A DNA stretch of 64,000 nt from an uncultured Verrucomicrobiae bacterium (GCA_963764165.1 CAVXRD010000001.1:1024001-1088000); one strand, 5' to 3'. Counted from the stretch's first letter, positions 19,301 through 29,901 are shown. Numbers and translations are program-made. The notes: generated from the sequence alone by a model not told the origin.

Positions 19301-21670
19301 ACGGATTCCATATCGCAATGGATTTACACTTGGTGGGATGCTGATGCGTACAACGACGGCACTGGCACATTAACCGTGCCTACAGAGACAAATTTCTTTG
19401 GCCTGTCGTTAGATTCGCTTGAAGTGGGCAACCCCGGTCCGCTCACTGTCGTTTCCGCGGGAAGCTCAACAACCGCAACCGGAAATATTTTTGCCGACTT
19501 TGAGCAACCGACTCTCACATCCAACGGCTTTTACTTCGCCCGGCTGCACACTGAGCCTTTGCCCGGAGAGGATGGTTTCACCGGCACCAACCAGTTGCCT
19601 TCGCTGCTTCTCTTGCCCGTCGGCGGACAATTCTCAGTTACGGCCTGGGCGAGGCTGTTGTTGCAAAACGGACGCAGTAACATTAATGCCTATGCTGAAC
19701 AATATTTTGACAAAGCTTATCTTGCGGACACGAATGGGAGCCTCACCACCAATAAGACAGGCATTCTTTCAGAGTATGGTGAGTTTTTTGCGACTCAGCC
19801 GGGCGAGGTGCTGCTCACCACAAAGCCGGATGCAACGACCGGAGCGACCGGCCAATTGGCCGTTAATGTGATTAGGCTTTCGTTGGACGTTAACCATGAC
19901 GGCGTCATGGACGAAACATTTACAGGCCCCGATAATACTTCTGCGGGGAATCCCTTTGTGTTGTGGCTAAACAACAATTATGACCGCCTGACATACGACT
20001 CTGATGACAGTGCGTACTACGACGACGACGTCACTGCACAGGCGACAAATTCTGGCTGTCCATATGTTCCAAGCATATCCACGCCAGACTATGTTTACCG
20101 GGATATAGATGGTAACAGGATTATTCCCAACACGCGCGACCTTGAGGACTTCGCGCGTCTGTGGGTGTCTGGCGTCTCCAATACCTTGTCGCGGCTTCCA
20201 ACAGACAGTGCGGTCACTCTAAGCTGGGGCGACGTTGATGCTCCGAATACCGCGAATCCCACTATTGACATTTTTCAGGCTGCCGACGCTAATGGAGGCA
20301 TCGGTTATCTTACGAATGCGACTATCGCGAACCTACAGGCGAATAGCGCCTTTTACCATTATGTGGGCAGGCTGGCGCCCGGCGGCAGTCTCCAACTGAA
20401 CGGTTCAAGTTTTACCAATGGCTGGGCCGGCGACCATTACATTTTTTGTGGCGAGGCTACCGGGGTTGGACAGTTGTTCCTGACAATTTGCGATTCGAGC
20501 GGCGATATTTTGGCGCAGTCTTCTCAATACATCCAAATCACCGACATTAAGCAAATGTATGAACGGTGGACGGTCGGCGACACTCCCGCTGATCCCCCTT
20601 GGAACATCGCGCTTGTCGCGACGGACAACTACGGGCCGGGTGCCCCTACCAGTCAATTTACGTACACCTACAACCCGACGACCGACACAAATCTGCCGTA
20701 CATTCTCCTGGTGCATGGGTGGAATAATAGCATTCAGTCGAAGGATTACTTTGCAGAATGCGCCTTCAAACGATTATACTGGCAAGGTTTTCAGGGCCGC
20801 TTTGGCAGTTTCCGCTGGCCGACAGACTTCAATTTTAATGGCACTCTGATTGACGCAATGTTTCAACCACATAACTATGACAGCAGCGAACTCAGAGCTT
20901 GGCAATCGAGTGTTGGGCTTCTCAACAGGCTCACGGCACTTAATATTCAATACCCCGGTCACGTTTATCTTCTCGCTCACAGCATGGGAAATGTCGTTGC
21001 CGGCGAGGCGTTGCGACTGGCAGGAACCAATCAAGTTGTTAATACATATGTGGCAAGCCAAGCGGCGATACCAGCGCATGTGTATGACGGATCGGTGAGT
21101 GATCTAATCAATTTCGAGTATACGTCTTCGAAACTCCCGGATTGGCTCGTGGATTTGACATTGCCGTCTTATGGGCCGAGCACCCCAAACATTTACAGTA
21201 ACCGCTTGGCATCGAATAGTGCAGCGGTATCGCAGCGTATCAATTTCTATAATCCGAATGACTATGCACTGTCCTTAGATGCGTGGTGCTTCAATCAAGA
21301 GTTGAAGCCCGATTATTATCCTTATGGAATTTACGCTTATGCTGGAAGCACCAACGATCCGTCTCCTTGGAATCACTTTGAGTTTATCAAAATCCCAACC
21401 GGGGTTACGCTTTTTGACATTGTTTCCAATGTTAACGACCTCCACACGGTGATGGCCTTCGCGGCAGAGTCGCGGTCAATTCCTGTTGGCGCTGAGGGTG
21501 CCGTGGGCGGCTTGGACAATGTCAGTTTACCCACGATTTGGGGGAGCGACCCGTCTGGCCACAGCTTCAGCGACCACTTTTGGCATAGCGCACAGTTTCG
21601 GGGAGATTATTGGCAACAATACCCCTACTGGAATGCTCTTTTAAGTTCAGAGGGCTTTGGCCTAAAATGA
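16397..21670 (+). CDS. 1757-aa secreted multidomain protein: LamG-like, TSP3-like Ca-binding repeats, FN3-like, C-terminal alpha/beta hydrolase (DUF900-like)
   Basis: Signal peptide (..TALA|Q); WHFVTMTY..LYLEG (LamG-like); DPDGDGL.NLDE, DTDGDSLPDGYE, DPDADGY.NIQE repeats; PAAPTGLSV..ISWS (FN3); LVHGWN and LAHSMGN nucleophile elbow. Confidence 0.8.
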   Translation: MNALRFHGKQRTQAALLSLMLLVVASGTALAQSGPPELPPIPFNAWNFYPLENPPWADWFGDLPRASTNLTTAPSWDYDGTALSLDTNVAFLQFDYFEGGEPVLYFDNGSLACWAQMNWTSVTDGGTGPSNWAVLISIGNWTSNAAQSGWTIAIDPAGTNLVMEAQASGSNQMVFKTPIDFDEGDWHFVTMTYSPSNSWLYLEGQPVCSNGPILYQPSRADCTNYGFFVGSLSTSGIDTLQGQMQWLATYDYQLSSNEVSDAYAAQSAYITYWGGSLPPIGFGGGGSHLDADPPAPGGTNVSTNYSGGGYGDTNGFTPPAPISTTNYADYAMSYLTITNSGGYAHIAVQNCLSNLIYVVYTNSDLANSNGWAIWQTNVATNTAIILPPIADATNALFFTSALVLFTGTNGLADYWCMEYFGTLNVNPFADPDGDGLCNLDEFTLGLNPTNAHSISSLHKDAQALILAYTNDLAASNHLFITNATANTNILLVTFSPTKMGSNYQIYSQVQSVTNGPWIVETNFLGTNTSTTVAVYLNGRSISLIGGLGWDTDGDSLPDGYEVLATLTDPYLPDTGITGTSDAYKDPDADGYVNIQEYYNGTDPLVFNSPAAPTGLSVTLNSNGSCATISWSSSGSATGYTLQRNTGSGFSTIATISAPGTLYEDCSLTSGVNASYQLLANYALGTSSPSALVNTLLNSNYTTNALIVRGPGGALYIVASAVSSQITAFRVFHTNVADCYYPIGEVDPAPYYYDGSFSNAPTLTNGYFDVPITAFTNGVCQLTTNQVPPYCVNQFSLQPRGTNGRYGEIIQLGQITSDTDRADYDIPFFDGRTNIAQNIKFLLRVCNTESPFVISYDGFNLSQYPESPFPNYVFAGWHFMNGYQSISGAAEMDEFWPFEENNYYLNLCPSVMTFDSYGNATSGVDWNGNFGDPDGTWNFEYETDDVLSKYFDTVGLVSGKSSPSLAPVLTDSISQWIYTWWDADAYNDGTGTLTVPTETNFFGLSLDSLEVGNPGPLTVVSAGSSTTATGNIFADFEQPTLTSNGFYFARLHTEPLPGEDGFTGTNQLPSLLLLPVGGQFSVTAWARLLLQNGRSNINAYAEQYFDKAYLADTNGSLTTNKTGILSEYGEFFATQPGEVLLTTKPDATTGATGQLAVNVIRLSLDVNHDGVMDETFTGPDNTSAGNPFVLWLNNNYDRLTYDSDDSAYYDDDVTAQATNSGCPYVPSISTPDYVYRDIDGNRIIPNTRDLEDFARLWVSGVSNTLSRLPTDSAVTLSWGDVDAPNTANPTIDIFQAADANGGIGYLTNATIANLQANSAFYHYVGRLAPGGSLQLNGSSFTNGWAGDHYIFCGEATGVGQLFLTICDSSGDILAQSSQYIQITDIKQMYERWTVGDTPADPPWNIALVATDNYGPGAPTSQFTYTYNPTTDTNLPYILLVHGWNNSIQSKDYFAECAFKRLYWQGFQGRFGSFRWPTDFNFNGTLIDAMFQPHNYDSSELRAWQSSVGLLNRLTALNIQYPGHVYLLAHSMGNVVAGEALRLAGTNQVVNTYVASQAAIPAHVYDGSVSDLINFEYTSSKLPDWLVDLTLPSYGPSTPNIYSNRLASNSAAVSQRINFYNPNDYALSLDAWCFNQELKPDYYPYGIYAYAGSTNDPSPWNHFEFIKIPTGVTLFDIVSNVNDLHTVMAFAAESRSIPVGAEGAVGGLDNVSLPTIWGSDPSGHSFSDHFWHSAQFRGDYWQQYPYWNALLSSEGFGLK

Positions 21671-21673
21671 CTT

Positions 21674-22723
21674 GTGCATACGCGCCGATTCATGTCTGCG
21701 GCTCTCATGGCATTGCTATTCATTGCCTTGTTGATCTGGTTCTTCAGAATGCCTGTCGTCAAAACGCCGAATATGAGTCTTCCGACGGCTCAGGGTTCAA
21801 ACGCCGCGTTTTCTGCTAACACCAACGTGGTTGCTCATGGCCCTTCGACCGTAGCCACAGTTCGTTCTGTAGCCGTCTCTGTTCTCGACAAAACTTCGCA
21901 GGCTATGGGCGGTTTGGCCGCCATAAATGACGAAGAAATAAACTTTCGCGGCCAAGTGGTGGATCAATTCAACGCGCCTGTTGCCAATGCAACTATATTG
22001 GCGACAGTTCGCGTTAATAATGGAACACGCGTTGGAGCCGACCATTTCACTTTGACATCAGACAATAACGGATTGTTTTCAGTTACCGGACGCAGAGGCA
22101 AGGACTTGGAATTGATGATCAAGAAGGATGGGTATGTTCTCGGCACCGCACGGACTGTTTTCATTTATTCCCAAATGTGGCCAAAGTCCCAGCGATACGT
22201 GCCCGATCCAGACAAACCAACCGTGATCAAAATGTGGAAATTGCAAGGTGCTGGCCCTTTAGTGTCCATTAACCAAAATTACAAAGTTCCGTGCGTGACC
22301 ACGCCGATTGATTTTGATTTGGTCGCTGGTCAAGTTGTTCAGGCAGGTGGAGATATTAGGATTACCGTAGCCCGGCCTCAAGGAATTGTGTCACAGCAAT
22401 ATCCGCAAGACTGGGGCATTTCAGTTGCTGGTGTTGATGGAGGCTTAATCGAAACGACGTTTGAAGATGCAAACGTGACGTATAATCCCCCAACCGAAGG
22501 TTATCAGCCGAGCATTTCATTGCCCATGACGACCACAAACCATTGGTCAGGATCAATCGAGAAAACATTTTTCGTGAGCAGCAGAAATGGGCAGGTTCAC
22601 AGCAAAATTCATATTCTGTTTCACATTAACAGGAAAGCAGAGGACCCAATGGTCATTTCTTTCAAAGGTGTTGCGAGCACCAATGGCTCCGGTAATTGGG
22701 AAGCGAGCGCTCAAGCACAATGA
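21674..22723 (+). CDS. Membrane-anchored exported protein with carboxypeptidase-regulatory-like beta domain; partner of the upstream giant protein
   Basis: N-terminal TM, FRGQVVDQFNAPVANATI...TSDNNGLF...IKKDGY; begins 3 nt after the upstream stop. Confidence 0.75.
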   Translation: MHTRRFMSAALMALLFIALLIWFFRMPVVKTPNMSLPTAQGSNAAFSANTNVVAHGPSTVATVRSVAVSVLDKTSQAMGGLAAINDEEINFRGQVVDQFNAPVANATILATVRVNNGTRVGADHFTLTSDNNGLFSVTGRRGKDLELMIKKDGYVLGTARTVFIYSQMWPKSQRYVPDPDKPTVIKMWKLQGAGPLVSINQNYKVPCVTTPIDFDLVAGQVVQAGGDIRITVARPQGIVSQQYPQDWGISVAGVDGGLIETTFEDANVTYNPPTEGYQPSISLPMTTTNHWSGSIEKTFFVSSRNGQVHSKIHILFHINRKAEDPMVISFKGVASTNGSGNWEASAQAQ

Positions 22724-22842
22724 CTAAAGTCATCCATTAACTCGCGCATCGATTTCCTCACCGTCATGATTCTCATTCATGTAAACTCGAACGCCTCAAG
22801 TCGTCGGAAGCGAACAAATTGACTTTTCTGCCTCGCGTGACC

Positions 22843-23079
22843 TCAAATCCCGCGAAAAAATTCTGCCACAGGTACCCCGACTTCCCTGGCAATCCGCATC
22901 AACGCCTCAATGGAGATGATTTTCTCTCCGCGCTCCACTTCTCCGATGTATTTCCAGTTGAGATCAACTTTTTCGGCGAGCATCTCTTGGGTCAGCTTCG
23001 CTTCCTTCCGGTAGCGGCGAATCGCTGCACCAATTATTTTCCGATGCGGTAAAATGGTCTTCGGTTTGGTTTTGCCCGC
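22843..23079 (-). pseudogene. XRE-family HTH regulator lacking a canonical start codon
   Basis: Manual translation (A)GKTKPKTILPHRKIIGAAIRRYRKEAKLTQEMLAEKVDLNWKYIGEVERGEKIISIEALMRIAREVGVPVAEFFRGI*. GCG sits where a start is expected, with an in-frame TAA 5 codons upstream. Confidence 0.75.
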
Positions 23080-23441
23080 GGTGAGCCGTAGTTAGGCAAA
23101 ATCCTCCTCATCGGAAGGGTTCAGACCCACATAATCACATATTTATTCCGCTGCTGGTTCAATCGTTGCGGGCTGAATCGGAACCATGTTCGATCCGGCC
23201 CCGTTTGAGGATTTCCATCAGCGCCAGTCCGAATTAACGATGCGCGTGAAGCCCACTTCAGTCTCTTTTCCTGAGTTCGGTTGTTCCAGATTAATTTGCA
23301 TCCCCAGCTTCCGGGCGCGTCTTTTCCTGATTTCGTGAGTTCCAGATTCAATGGATTCTCCACCCCGCTCTTCCACCGCCGTCATTTCCAGTTTGACGTT
23401 TGGGAAATCTCACCGCAAGGTCTTATGGCTTTGTCATTGGA

Positions 23442-25610
23442 ATGAAAACAGTCTTGTTTGTCTGCACTGGGAACATCTGCCGCAGCCCGATGGCCGAAGG
23501 GCTTTTCCGCCATGCAACTCGTGGACGGACGGATTGCCGCGTCATGTCGGCGGGCGTCGGCGCCATGGAGGGCCAACCGCCCAGCACCCACGCCGTCCGC
23601 GCGCTCAAGGAATTGGGCATCGATATTTCCCATCTCCGCAGCCGGATGCTGACTTCCGCCATTGTCGACGAGGCTGATTACATTTTCGGCATGACCCACA
23701 GCCATGTCGATTCGATCAATTTGCTCTTCCCCCAAGCGGCGGAAAAGACGTTCCTGCTCCGCGAATTTGACGAAACGCTGGATGAATTTGAAAAAGACAT
23801 CAGCGATCCCATTGGCGGCTCCTACGAGACGTACGCTTATTGCCGCGACCAGATCGAGCAGGGCATTTTCGCGATGCTGAATTTCATTGAGCAATCGGAG
23901 CAAAGGCACGAAGAAGCGGGCGCGGATGTCTCCTGCCGCATGGCGCTGGGCAGCGATCACGCCGGATTTCAATTGAAGGAGACGCTCAAGTCTTACCTCA
24001 TGGGCCATCATGCCGCCGTCACCGATGTCGGCACCAGCACGCCGGAGACGTGCGATTACACGGATTACGCCCAGGCGGTGGCGGAAGCGGTGTCTTCGGG
24101 GCGGGTGGAATTTGGCCTGCTGGTCTGCTCGACGGGCATCGGGATGAGCATGGCGGCGAACAAAATTCCGGGCGTCCGCGCGGCGCTGGTCACGGATGAG
24201 CGCACCGCCGCCCTTTCCCGCCAGCACAATGACGCCAATGTCCTCTGCCTCGGCGCGACAGTCGTCTCGCCGGAGGAGGCCAAAAAGATAGTGGACACTT
24301 TTCTTTCGGCCAAATTTGAAGGCGGGCGCCATGAGCGTCGCGTCGCGAAAATGGAATCATCCGTTTTCTCGGGCGGCCGCCACGTCCAGGCCGTCGATCC
24401 CGATATTGCCAACGCGATTTTTCTGGAAAGCCAGCGGCAGCAGGAAAACATCGAATTGATCGCCAGCGAGAATTTCACCAGCGCGGCGGTCATGGAAGCG
24501 CAAGGCTCCGTCCTGACAAATAAATACGCGGAAGGTTATCCTGGCAGGCGCTGGTACGGTGGCTGTGAATTTGTCGACGTGGTGGAGCGCCTGGCCATTG
24601 ACCGGGCGAAGCAGATTTTCGGAGCGGAACACGCCAACGTCCAGCCCCATTCCGGGAGCGGCGCGAACATGGCGGTCTATTTTTCCGTCCTCAAGCCGGG
24701 CGACAAAATGCTGACGATGGACCTGAGCCACGGCGGACATTTGACCCACGGCAACAAGGCGAATTTTTCGGGCCGCTTCTTCGAAATCGTCCATTACGGC
24801 GTGCGCAAGGAGGACGAGACGATTGATTACGATCAATTGCAGAAAATGGCCGAGGAGCACCGCCCGCGCATGATCACCGTCGGAGCCAGCGCGTATTCGC
24901 GGATCATCGATTTTCAGCGCATGGGCGAAATCGCGCGCTCCATCGGCGCGTATTTGCTGGCGGACATTGCGCACATCGCGGGCCTGGTGGCGGCGGGGTT
25001 GCATCCCAGCCCGATTGAGCACGCGGATTTTGTCACGACGACCACGCACAAGACGCTGCGCGGGCCGCGCGGCGGCTTGATTTTGTGCAAGGAGAAATAC
25101 GCCAAGGAAATCGATTCCCAGGCGTTCCCCGGAATTCAAGGCGGGCCGCTGATGCACGTCATCGCGGCCAAGGCGGTCTGCTTCCACGAGGCGCTGCAGC
25201 CCGGCTTCCGCGTCTATCAGCAGCAGATCATTGACAACGCCAAGGCGCTGGCGGCGGGTATGCTGGCAAATAAATTCCGCCTGGTCAGCGGCGGCACGGA
25301 CAACCATGTGATGATGGTGGATGTCGGCAGCCGCGGCTTGACAGGCAAGGAATGCCAGATCGCGCTGGACGAGGCCGGCATCACTGTCAATAAAAACACC
25401 ATTCCGTTCGAGACGCGCTCGCCCTTCCTGGCCAGCGGCATCCGCCTCGGCACGCCGGCGGTTACGACCCGCGGGATGAAAGAGGGCGAGATGGCCGCCA
25501 TTGCCGACATGATCAGCGAGGTTTTGCTTGATATTAAGAACCTTGACACGGCCCATCAGGTAAGACAACGTGTCAGAGAATTAACGGCAAGATACCCCTT
25601 GCCTTATTAG
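23442..25610 (+). CDS. glyA: Triple fusion: low-molecular-weight protein phosphatase + ribose-5-phosphate isomerase B + serine hydroxymethyltransferase
   Basis: [13 protein letters not shown]...DISDPIG (LMW-PTP); [35 protein letters not shown] (RpiB); [36 protein letters not shown] (GlyA), all in one frame. Confidence 0.95.
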   Translation: MKTVLFVCTGNICRSPMAEGLFRHATRGRTDCRVMSAGVGAMEGQPPSTHAVRALKELGIDISHLRSRMLTSAIVDEADYIFGMTHSHVDSINLLFPQAAEKTFLLREFDETLDEFEKDISDPIGGSYETYAYCRDQIEQGIFAMLNFIEQSEQRHEEAGADVSCRMALGSDHAGFQLKETLKSYLMGHHAAVTDVGTSTPETCDYTDYAQAVAEAVSSGRVEFGLLVCSTGIGMSMAANKIPGVRAALVTDERTAALSRQHNDANVLCLGATVVSPEEAKKIVDTFLSAKFEGGRHERRVAKMESSVFSGGRHVQAVDPDIANAIFLESQRQQENIELIASENFTSAAVMEAQGSVLTNKYAEGYPGRRWYGGCEFVDVVERLAIDRAKQIFGAEHANVQPHSGSGANMAVYFSVLKPGDKMLTMDLSHGGHLTHGNKANFSGRFFEIVHYGVRKEDETIDYDQLQKMAEEHRPRMITVGASAYSRIIDFQRMGEIARSIGAYLLADIAHIAGLVAAGLHPSPIEHADFVTTTTHKTLRGPRGGLILCKEKYAKEIDSQAFPGIQGGPLMHVIAAKAVCFHEALQPGFRVYQQQIIDNAKALAAGMLANKFRLVSGGTDNHVMMVDVGSRGLTGKECQIALDEAGITVNKNTIPFETRSPFLASGIRLGTPAVTTRGMKEGEMAAIADMISEVLLDIKNLDTAHQVRQRVRELTARYPLPY

Positions 25611-25730
25611 CAGAGTTGGGCAAAATCCCCGAATTGGCCGCCGGTTTGAACGAAATCAATTCTTCCGCATCCAATGGGTTAGAAGAAACAGGGGCCGCTC
25701 AATCCTCAATTTAGAATTTACATACAAGTT

Positions 25731-27269
25731 ATGCCACCAAAAGCCGCGACTAAAAAAGCCGCCCGGAAAAGCGCGAGAGCATTCGCGCCCAAAGAGGCCG
25801 CGCTTGCTCCGGACGACGCCGGCGCTTTGTTAGCCGCAAGCCGCTCCGCGTCCCAGCCTCCCTTGCCCGACTTTATCGCCCCGGAAACTCCGTCCACGCC
25901 GGCCCCGCCCTCGGAAATGAAGCTGGAGCCGCCGACCAGCGCCGTCGAGACCCGCGAGGAGCATGAGCCGGCCCCCGCTTCACCCTCCGCCCGCGATGGC
26001 GGCGGCGGCGGCACGGTGAACATCGCTGAATTGCAGGCGATGGCCATGCCCGAGCTGAACGCCAAGGCCCGCGGCATGGGCATCGAGAATTTCGGCACCA
26101 TGCGCAAGCATGAGCTGATTTTCCAAATCCTGCAGAAAAATGCCGAACGCGCCGGGGTTTTGTTCTCGGAAGGCGTGCTGGAGATTTTGCCGGAGGGATT
26201 CGGATTCCTGCGTTCGCGCAGTTTCAATTACCTCCCCTGCCCCGAGGATATTTACGTTTCGCCGTCGCAAATCCGCCGTTTTGATCTGCAGACCGGCAAT
26301 TTGATCGCCGGGCAGATTCGCCCGCCCAAGGACAAGGAGCGTTTTTTCGCGCTGCTGAAAGTCGAAGCGGTCGATACCGAGGAGCCGGATCGCGCCAAGG
26401 ACAAGACGCATTTCGACAACCTGACGCCGCTCTTTCCGACGAAGCGCTTTCTGCTGGAAACGGCGAACGACGAACTTTCGACCCGTGTGCTTGACTTGGT
26501 CTGCCCGATTGGGAAAGGGACGCGCGGATTGATCGTGGCCCCGCCCCGCACCGGCAAAACGGTGCTGATGCAGAAGCTGGCCAACGCCATTCTCAAGAAC
26601 AACCCGGAGGCGTATCTTTTCATTCTTCTTATTGACGAACGCCCCGAGGAAGTCACCGACATGGAACGCACCTGCCGCGGGGCCGAGGTGATCAGCTCGA
26701 CCTTTGACGAACCGCCGGAACGGCACGTCCAGGTGGCGGAAATGGTGATCGAGAAGGCCAAGCGGATGATCGAGCACAAGCGCGACGTCGTAATTTTGCT
26801 TGACTCAATCACGCGCCTGGCCCGCGCCTACAACACAATCCAGCCGCACTCCGGCAAGATCCTCTCCGGCGGCGTCGATGCCAACGCGCTGCACAAGCCG
26901 AAGCGATTCTTCGGCGCGGCGCGCAACATCGAGGAAGGCGGCTCGCTGACCATCATCGCCACGGCGCTGGTTGACACCGGATCGCGCATGGACGAAGTCA
27001 TTTTCGAGGAGTTCAAAGGCACTGGCAATATGGAAGTTCATCTTGACAGACATCTGGTGGACCGCCGCATTTTCCCGTCCATCAACGTTGAGGTTTCCGG
27101 CACGCGCAAGGAGGAGCTCCTCTACCATCCTGACGAATACAACAAGGTCGTCATTCTGCGCCGCGCCCTCACGGGCGTGCCGCCGGTGGAAGCGATGGAA
27201 TTGCTGCTCGGCAAATTGAAAAAAACCCGCAGCAACATCGAATTCCTGCTCGGCATGGCCGTCGGCTGA
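25731..27269 (+). CDS. rho: Transcription termination factor Rho with Pro/Ala-rich N-terminal extension
   Basis: [60 protein letters not shown]. Confidence 0.98.
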   Translation: MPPKAATKKAARKSARAFAPKEAALAPDDAGALLAASRSASQPPLPDFIAPETPSTPAPPSEMKLEPPTSAVETREEHEPAPASPSARDGGGGGTVNIAELQAMAMPELNAKARGMGIENFGTMRKHELIFQILQKNAERAGVLFSEGVLEILPEGFGFLRSRSFNYLPCPEDIYVSPSQIRRFDLQTGNLIAGQIRPPKDKERFFALLKVEAVDTEEPDRAKDKTHFDNLTPLFPTKRFLLETANDELSTRVLDLVCPIGKGTRGLIVAPPRTGKTVLMQKLANAILKNNPEAYLFILLIDERPEEVTDMERTCRGAEVISSTFDEPPERHVQVAEMVIEKAKRMIEHKRDVVILLDSITRLARAYNTIQPHSGKILSGGVDANALHKPKRFFGAARNIEEGGSLTIIATALVDTGSRMDEVIFEEFKGTGNMEVHLDRHLVDRRIFPSINVEVSGTRKEELLYHPDEYNKVVILRRALTGVPPVEAMELLLGKLKKTRSNIEFLLGMAVG

Positions 27270-27369
27270 GGCAAGGCGGGAAGGCGCGCGGGCAAGGCGC
27301 CCTTAAACGGGTGCGTCAGTGCTTTTTCCCGCCGAACCGGGCGCCCCGGCGAGGCGGCCCTGGCCCGCT

Positions 27370-28662
27370 TCACTCCGGCAGCGGCTGTCCTTTGGTCTCT
27401 GGCATCAGCCAGATAATCAGCAAGCCGAACGGGAACAAGCATCCAAGCAGCGTCACCGCGGTTCGAAGATCCGTTTCCGTTTTCAGCCAGGCGGAAAACA
27501 CCAGCACGAGCGCCGACAAAATTCGCCCGCCGTTGAAACAAAATCCGGTTCCGGTGGCGCGCAGATGCGTCGGAAAAAGCTCCGGAAAATAGACGGCATA
27601 GCCCGAGTGAATTCCACCCGTAAAAAATCCCAGCAGCGGGAGCACCCAAAGCAGTTGGGAATACGAATGCGGCAGATAACACGCCACCGGCACGATCACG
27701 AACGCTGCGGCGTGCATAAACGCAAAGGCGCGCCGCCTGCCCAGCCGCACGCAAAGCGGCCCCATGCAAACAAGGCCCGCTCCCATTCCCACAATCTCGA
27801 CAAAGCCATAGGCGAACTTGGCCTTCTCCGCGGCAATGTTCGCGGCCACGCCTTCGCGCAGCAAAAATTCCCGCGCCAAATCCTGGCCGGCGACGGTCAC
27901 GCCCCAAAACGTGCCAAGGCCAACCGTCGCCAGCAGCATCCCAAGCAGCGCGCGTTTTCGCCAGCGCGGCTCTCCCAGCAAATCCCGGAAACGGCCCAAT
28001 TTGGGGCCGGTGGCGGCGGCGGCTTTCTCGCCCGCTTCGCGCCAATTCTCCGGCTCCTTGATTTTCGCGAGCACCCAAAAAACGAGAACCGCAGGCACAA
28101 CCGCGATCAAATAGACAAGCCGCCAATTCGCGCCCGCGGCCAAACCGGCCAGCGCCGCCGCCCAGATTCCGATCACGCTCGAGGCGTGGAAAATCCCCGA
28201 GGCTTGCGCCCGCGCTTCGCTCGGAAAAACTTCCGCCACCATGCTGGCCGCGACGGCCCACTCGCCGCCGACTCCCACCGCCACCAAAAATCTCGCCAGC
28301 CCCACGTGCCACAGCGAGTGCGCGAAATACATCCAGCCGGAAAAAATCGAATACACCAGAATGCTGACCGCCATCATTGGGCGGCGGCCCCATCGATCCG
28401 CCAGCGAGCCAAACAGCATTCCGCCAAACGTTCCGCCGATCAGGAAGACGGCCAAAAACAAATCGCCGTAATGTTTGATGGCCAGATCGGTCGCGTTCGG
28501 TTTCAGAATGTCGGCCAGAAGCTGGCCGCGGGTGACATTGAAGATTTGCCCCTCGAACGCGTCGAAAATCCACCCTGCCGACGCGATGACCAAAACCAGC
28601 CATTGATAGCCGGTCACGCGCGCGTACCACTTGGGATTAACCGATCCTGAAATGCGATCCAT
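27370..28662 (-). CDS. MFS transporter
   Basis: GSLADRWGRRP (MFS motif A), GVGGEWA, PELFPTHLRATGTG; about 12 TM segments. Confidence 0.92.
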   Translation of the reverse strand: MDRISGSVNPKWYARVTGYQWLVLVIASAGWIFDAFEGQIFNVTRGQLLADILKPNATDLAIKHYGDLFLAVFLIGGTFGGMLFGSLADRWGRRPMMAVSILVYSIFSGWMYFAHSLWHVGLARFLVAVGVGGEWAVAASMVAEVFPSEARAQASGIFHASSVIGIWAAALAGLAAGANWRLVYLIAVVPAVLVFWVLAKIKEPENWREAGEKAAAATGPKLGRFRDLLGEPRWRKRALLGMLLATVGLGTFWGVTVAGQDLAREFLLREGVAANIAAEKAKFAYGFVEIVGMGAGLVCMGPLCVRLGRRRAFAFMHAAAFVIVPVACYLPHSYSQLLWVLPLLGFFTGGIHSGYAVYFPELFPTHLRATGTGFCFNGGRILSALVLVFSAWLKTETDLRTAVTLLGCLFPFGLLIIWLMPETKGQPLPE

Positions 28663-28717
28663 GCAAGGGATGTTGCATTTTCGCGAAGATACCTTCAAAT
28701 TGAAATGACATTCCATT

Positions 28718-29605
28718 ATGAAATCGTCTATTAGCCGCCGTTCGCTTCTGGCCGGTCTTGGAGCAGGCGCAGCCGCGTTGTCCGGGCTTTCGGCGCTGGC
28801 CAAATCGCCCGAGAGCGAATCGCTCCATCGCATCAAAAATGGCCGCATCCGCCAATCGGTCGTGTTGTGGTGTTTCGACCCGATGCCGGTCGAGGAACTC
28901 GCGACCCATGCCAAAGAGCTGGGGCTGCAATCGGTGGAGTTGGTCGCGCCCGAGCATTGGCCCAAGTTGAAACAGCTTGGCCTGAGTTGCGCCATCGCGC
29001 CGAGCCACGGCTTTGCGAAAGGTTTTGCCCACCGGGAGGAGCACGCGGAGTGCCTCGCGATTCTGCGCCAGCGCATCGACCAGTGCGCCGAAGCCGGGTT
29101 TCCAAGCGTGATCACGTTTTCCGGTTTCCGCCGCGGCCTCACCGATGAAGAGGGCCTGCGAAACATGGAGGAGGGGTTGAAACAGATTCTCCCCTACGCC
29201 GAACAAAAACGGGTCACGCTTTGCCTGGAGGTTCTGAATTCCCGCGTCGCAATTCCCATGCGCGGCCACCCGGATTATTTTTGCGACCGCCTGGAGCCCG
29301 CCGTCAATCTCTGCAAAAAGCTTGGCTCGGAGCGGATGAAAATTCTTTTTGACGTCTACCACATCCAGATCATGGAAGGCGATTTGATCCGCCGCATCCA
29401 GGAATCGCATCCCTACGTCGCCCATTATCACACCGCTGGAAATCCGGGGCGCAACGAGATCGACGCGGCGCAGGAAATCAACTATCCAGCGGTGATGAAG
29501 GCGATTTTGGACACCGGATATCAGGGATTCGTTGGCCAGGAATTCGTCCCCACCCGCGACAAGATCGCCTCGCTCAGCGAAGCGGCGCGCATCTGCGACG
29601 TGTAG
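28718..29605 (+). CDS. Hydroxypyruvate isomerase family TIM-barrel protein with Tat signal
   Basis: ISRRSLL Tat motif; LEVLNS, FDVYHIQIMEGD, HYHTAGNPGRNE, GQEF. Confidence 0.88.
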   Translation: MKSSISRRSLLAGLGAGAAALSGLSALAKSPESESLHRIKNGRIRQSVVLWCFDPMPVEELATHAKELGLQSVELVAPEHWPKLKQLGLSCAIAPSHGFAKGFAHREEHAECLAILRQRIDQCAEAGFPSVITFSGFRRGLTDEEGLRNMEEGLKQILPYAEQKRVTLCLEVLNSRVAIPMRGHPDYFCDRLEPAVNLCKKLGSERMKILFDVYHIQIMEGDLIRRIQESHPYVAHYHTAGNPGRNEIDAAQEINYPAVMKAILDTGYQGFVGQEFVPTRDKIASLSEAARICDV

Positions 29606-29613
29606 AGAGGACT

Positions 29614-29803
29614 AGGCGTCCAGGGTGAGAATTCCCCAAGACGAAATTTTCGGGCATTGAACCCATGCCTTGCTTAGTCTTTGCCCCCGTCTCCGCCGGA
29701 GCGCGGCTGTGTCGAAGACCAGCCGCAGCCGCGTGGAATTGACCGGCGCGCCCGGCGCTGCGGCGCGCTGCGGCTGGTCTTCGACACAGCCGCGCTCCGG
29801 CGG
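29614..29803. repeat. Second copy of the composite REP element seen at 524-745
   Basis: Perfect IR 29693-29729/29767-29803 (GGAGCGCGGCTGTGTCGAAGACCAGCCGCAGC core) plus a homologous left flank AGGCGTCC..GAATTCCCCAA..GCATTGAACCCATGCCTTGCTTA. Confidence 0.9.
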
Positions 29804-29901
29804 GGCTGCTTGCGGTTTCGCCCATTTGCCGCGTTTCGTCGGTTATTTCTGAGAAACTGAATTCCATTTCCTTTCGTGCTTGACGTTCCCGTCATTGGTG
29901 T

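Noticed and set aside
23382..25568. 316-aa and 403-aa minus-strand ORFs
   Set aside because: Antisense to the phosphatase-RpiB-GlyA fusion.
27122..28650. 502-aa (-) and 443-aa (+) ORFs
   Set aside because: Alternative frames over the MFS transporter; low-complexity Arg/Gly-rich translations.
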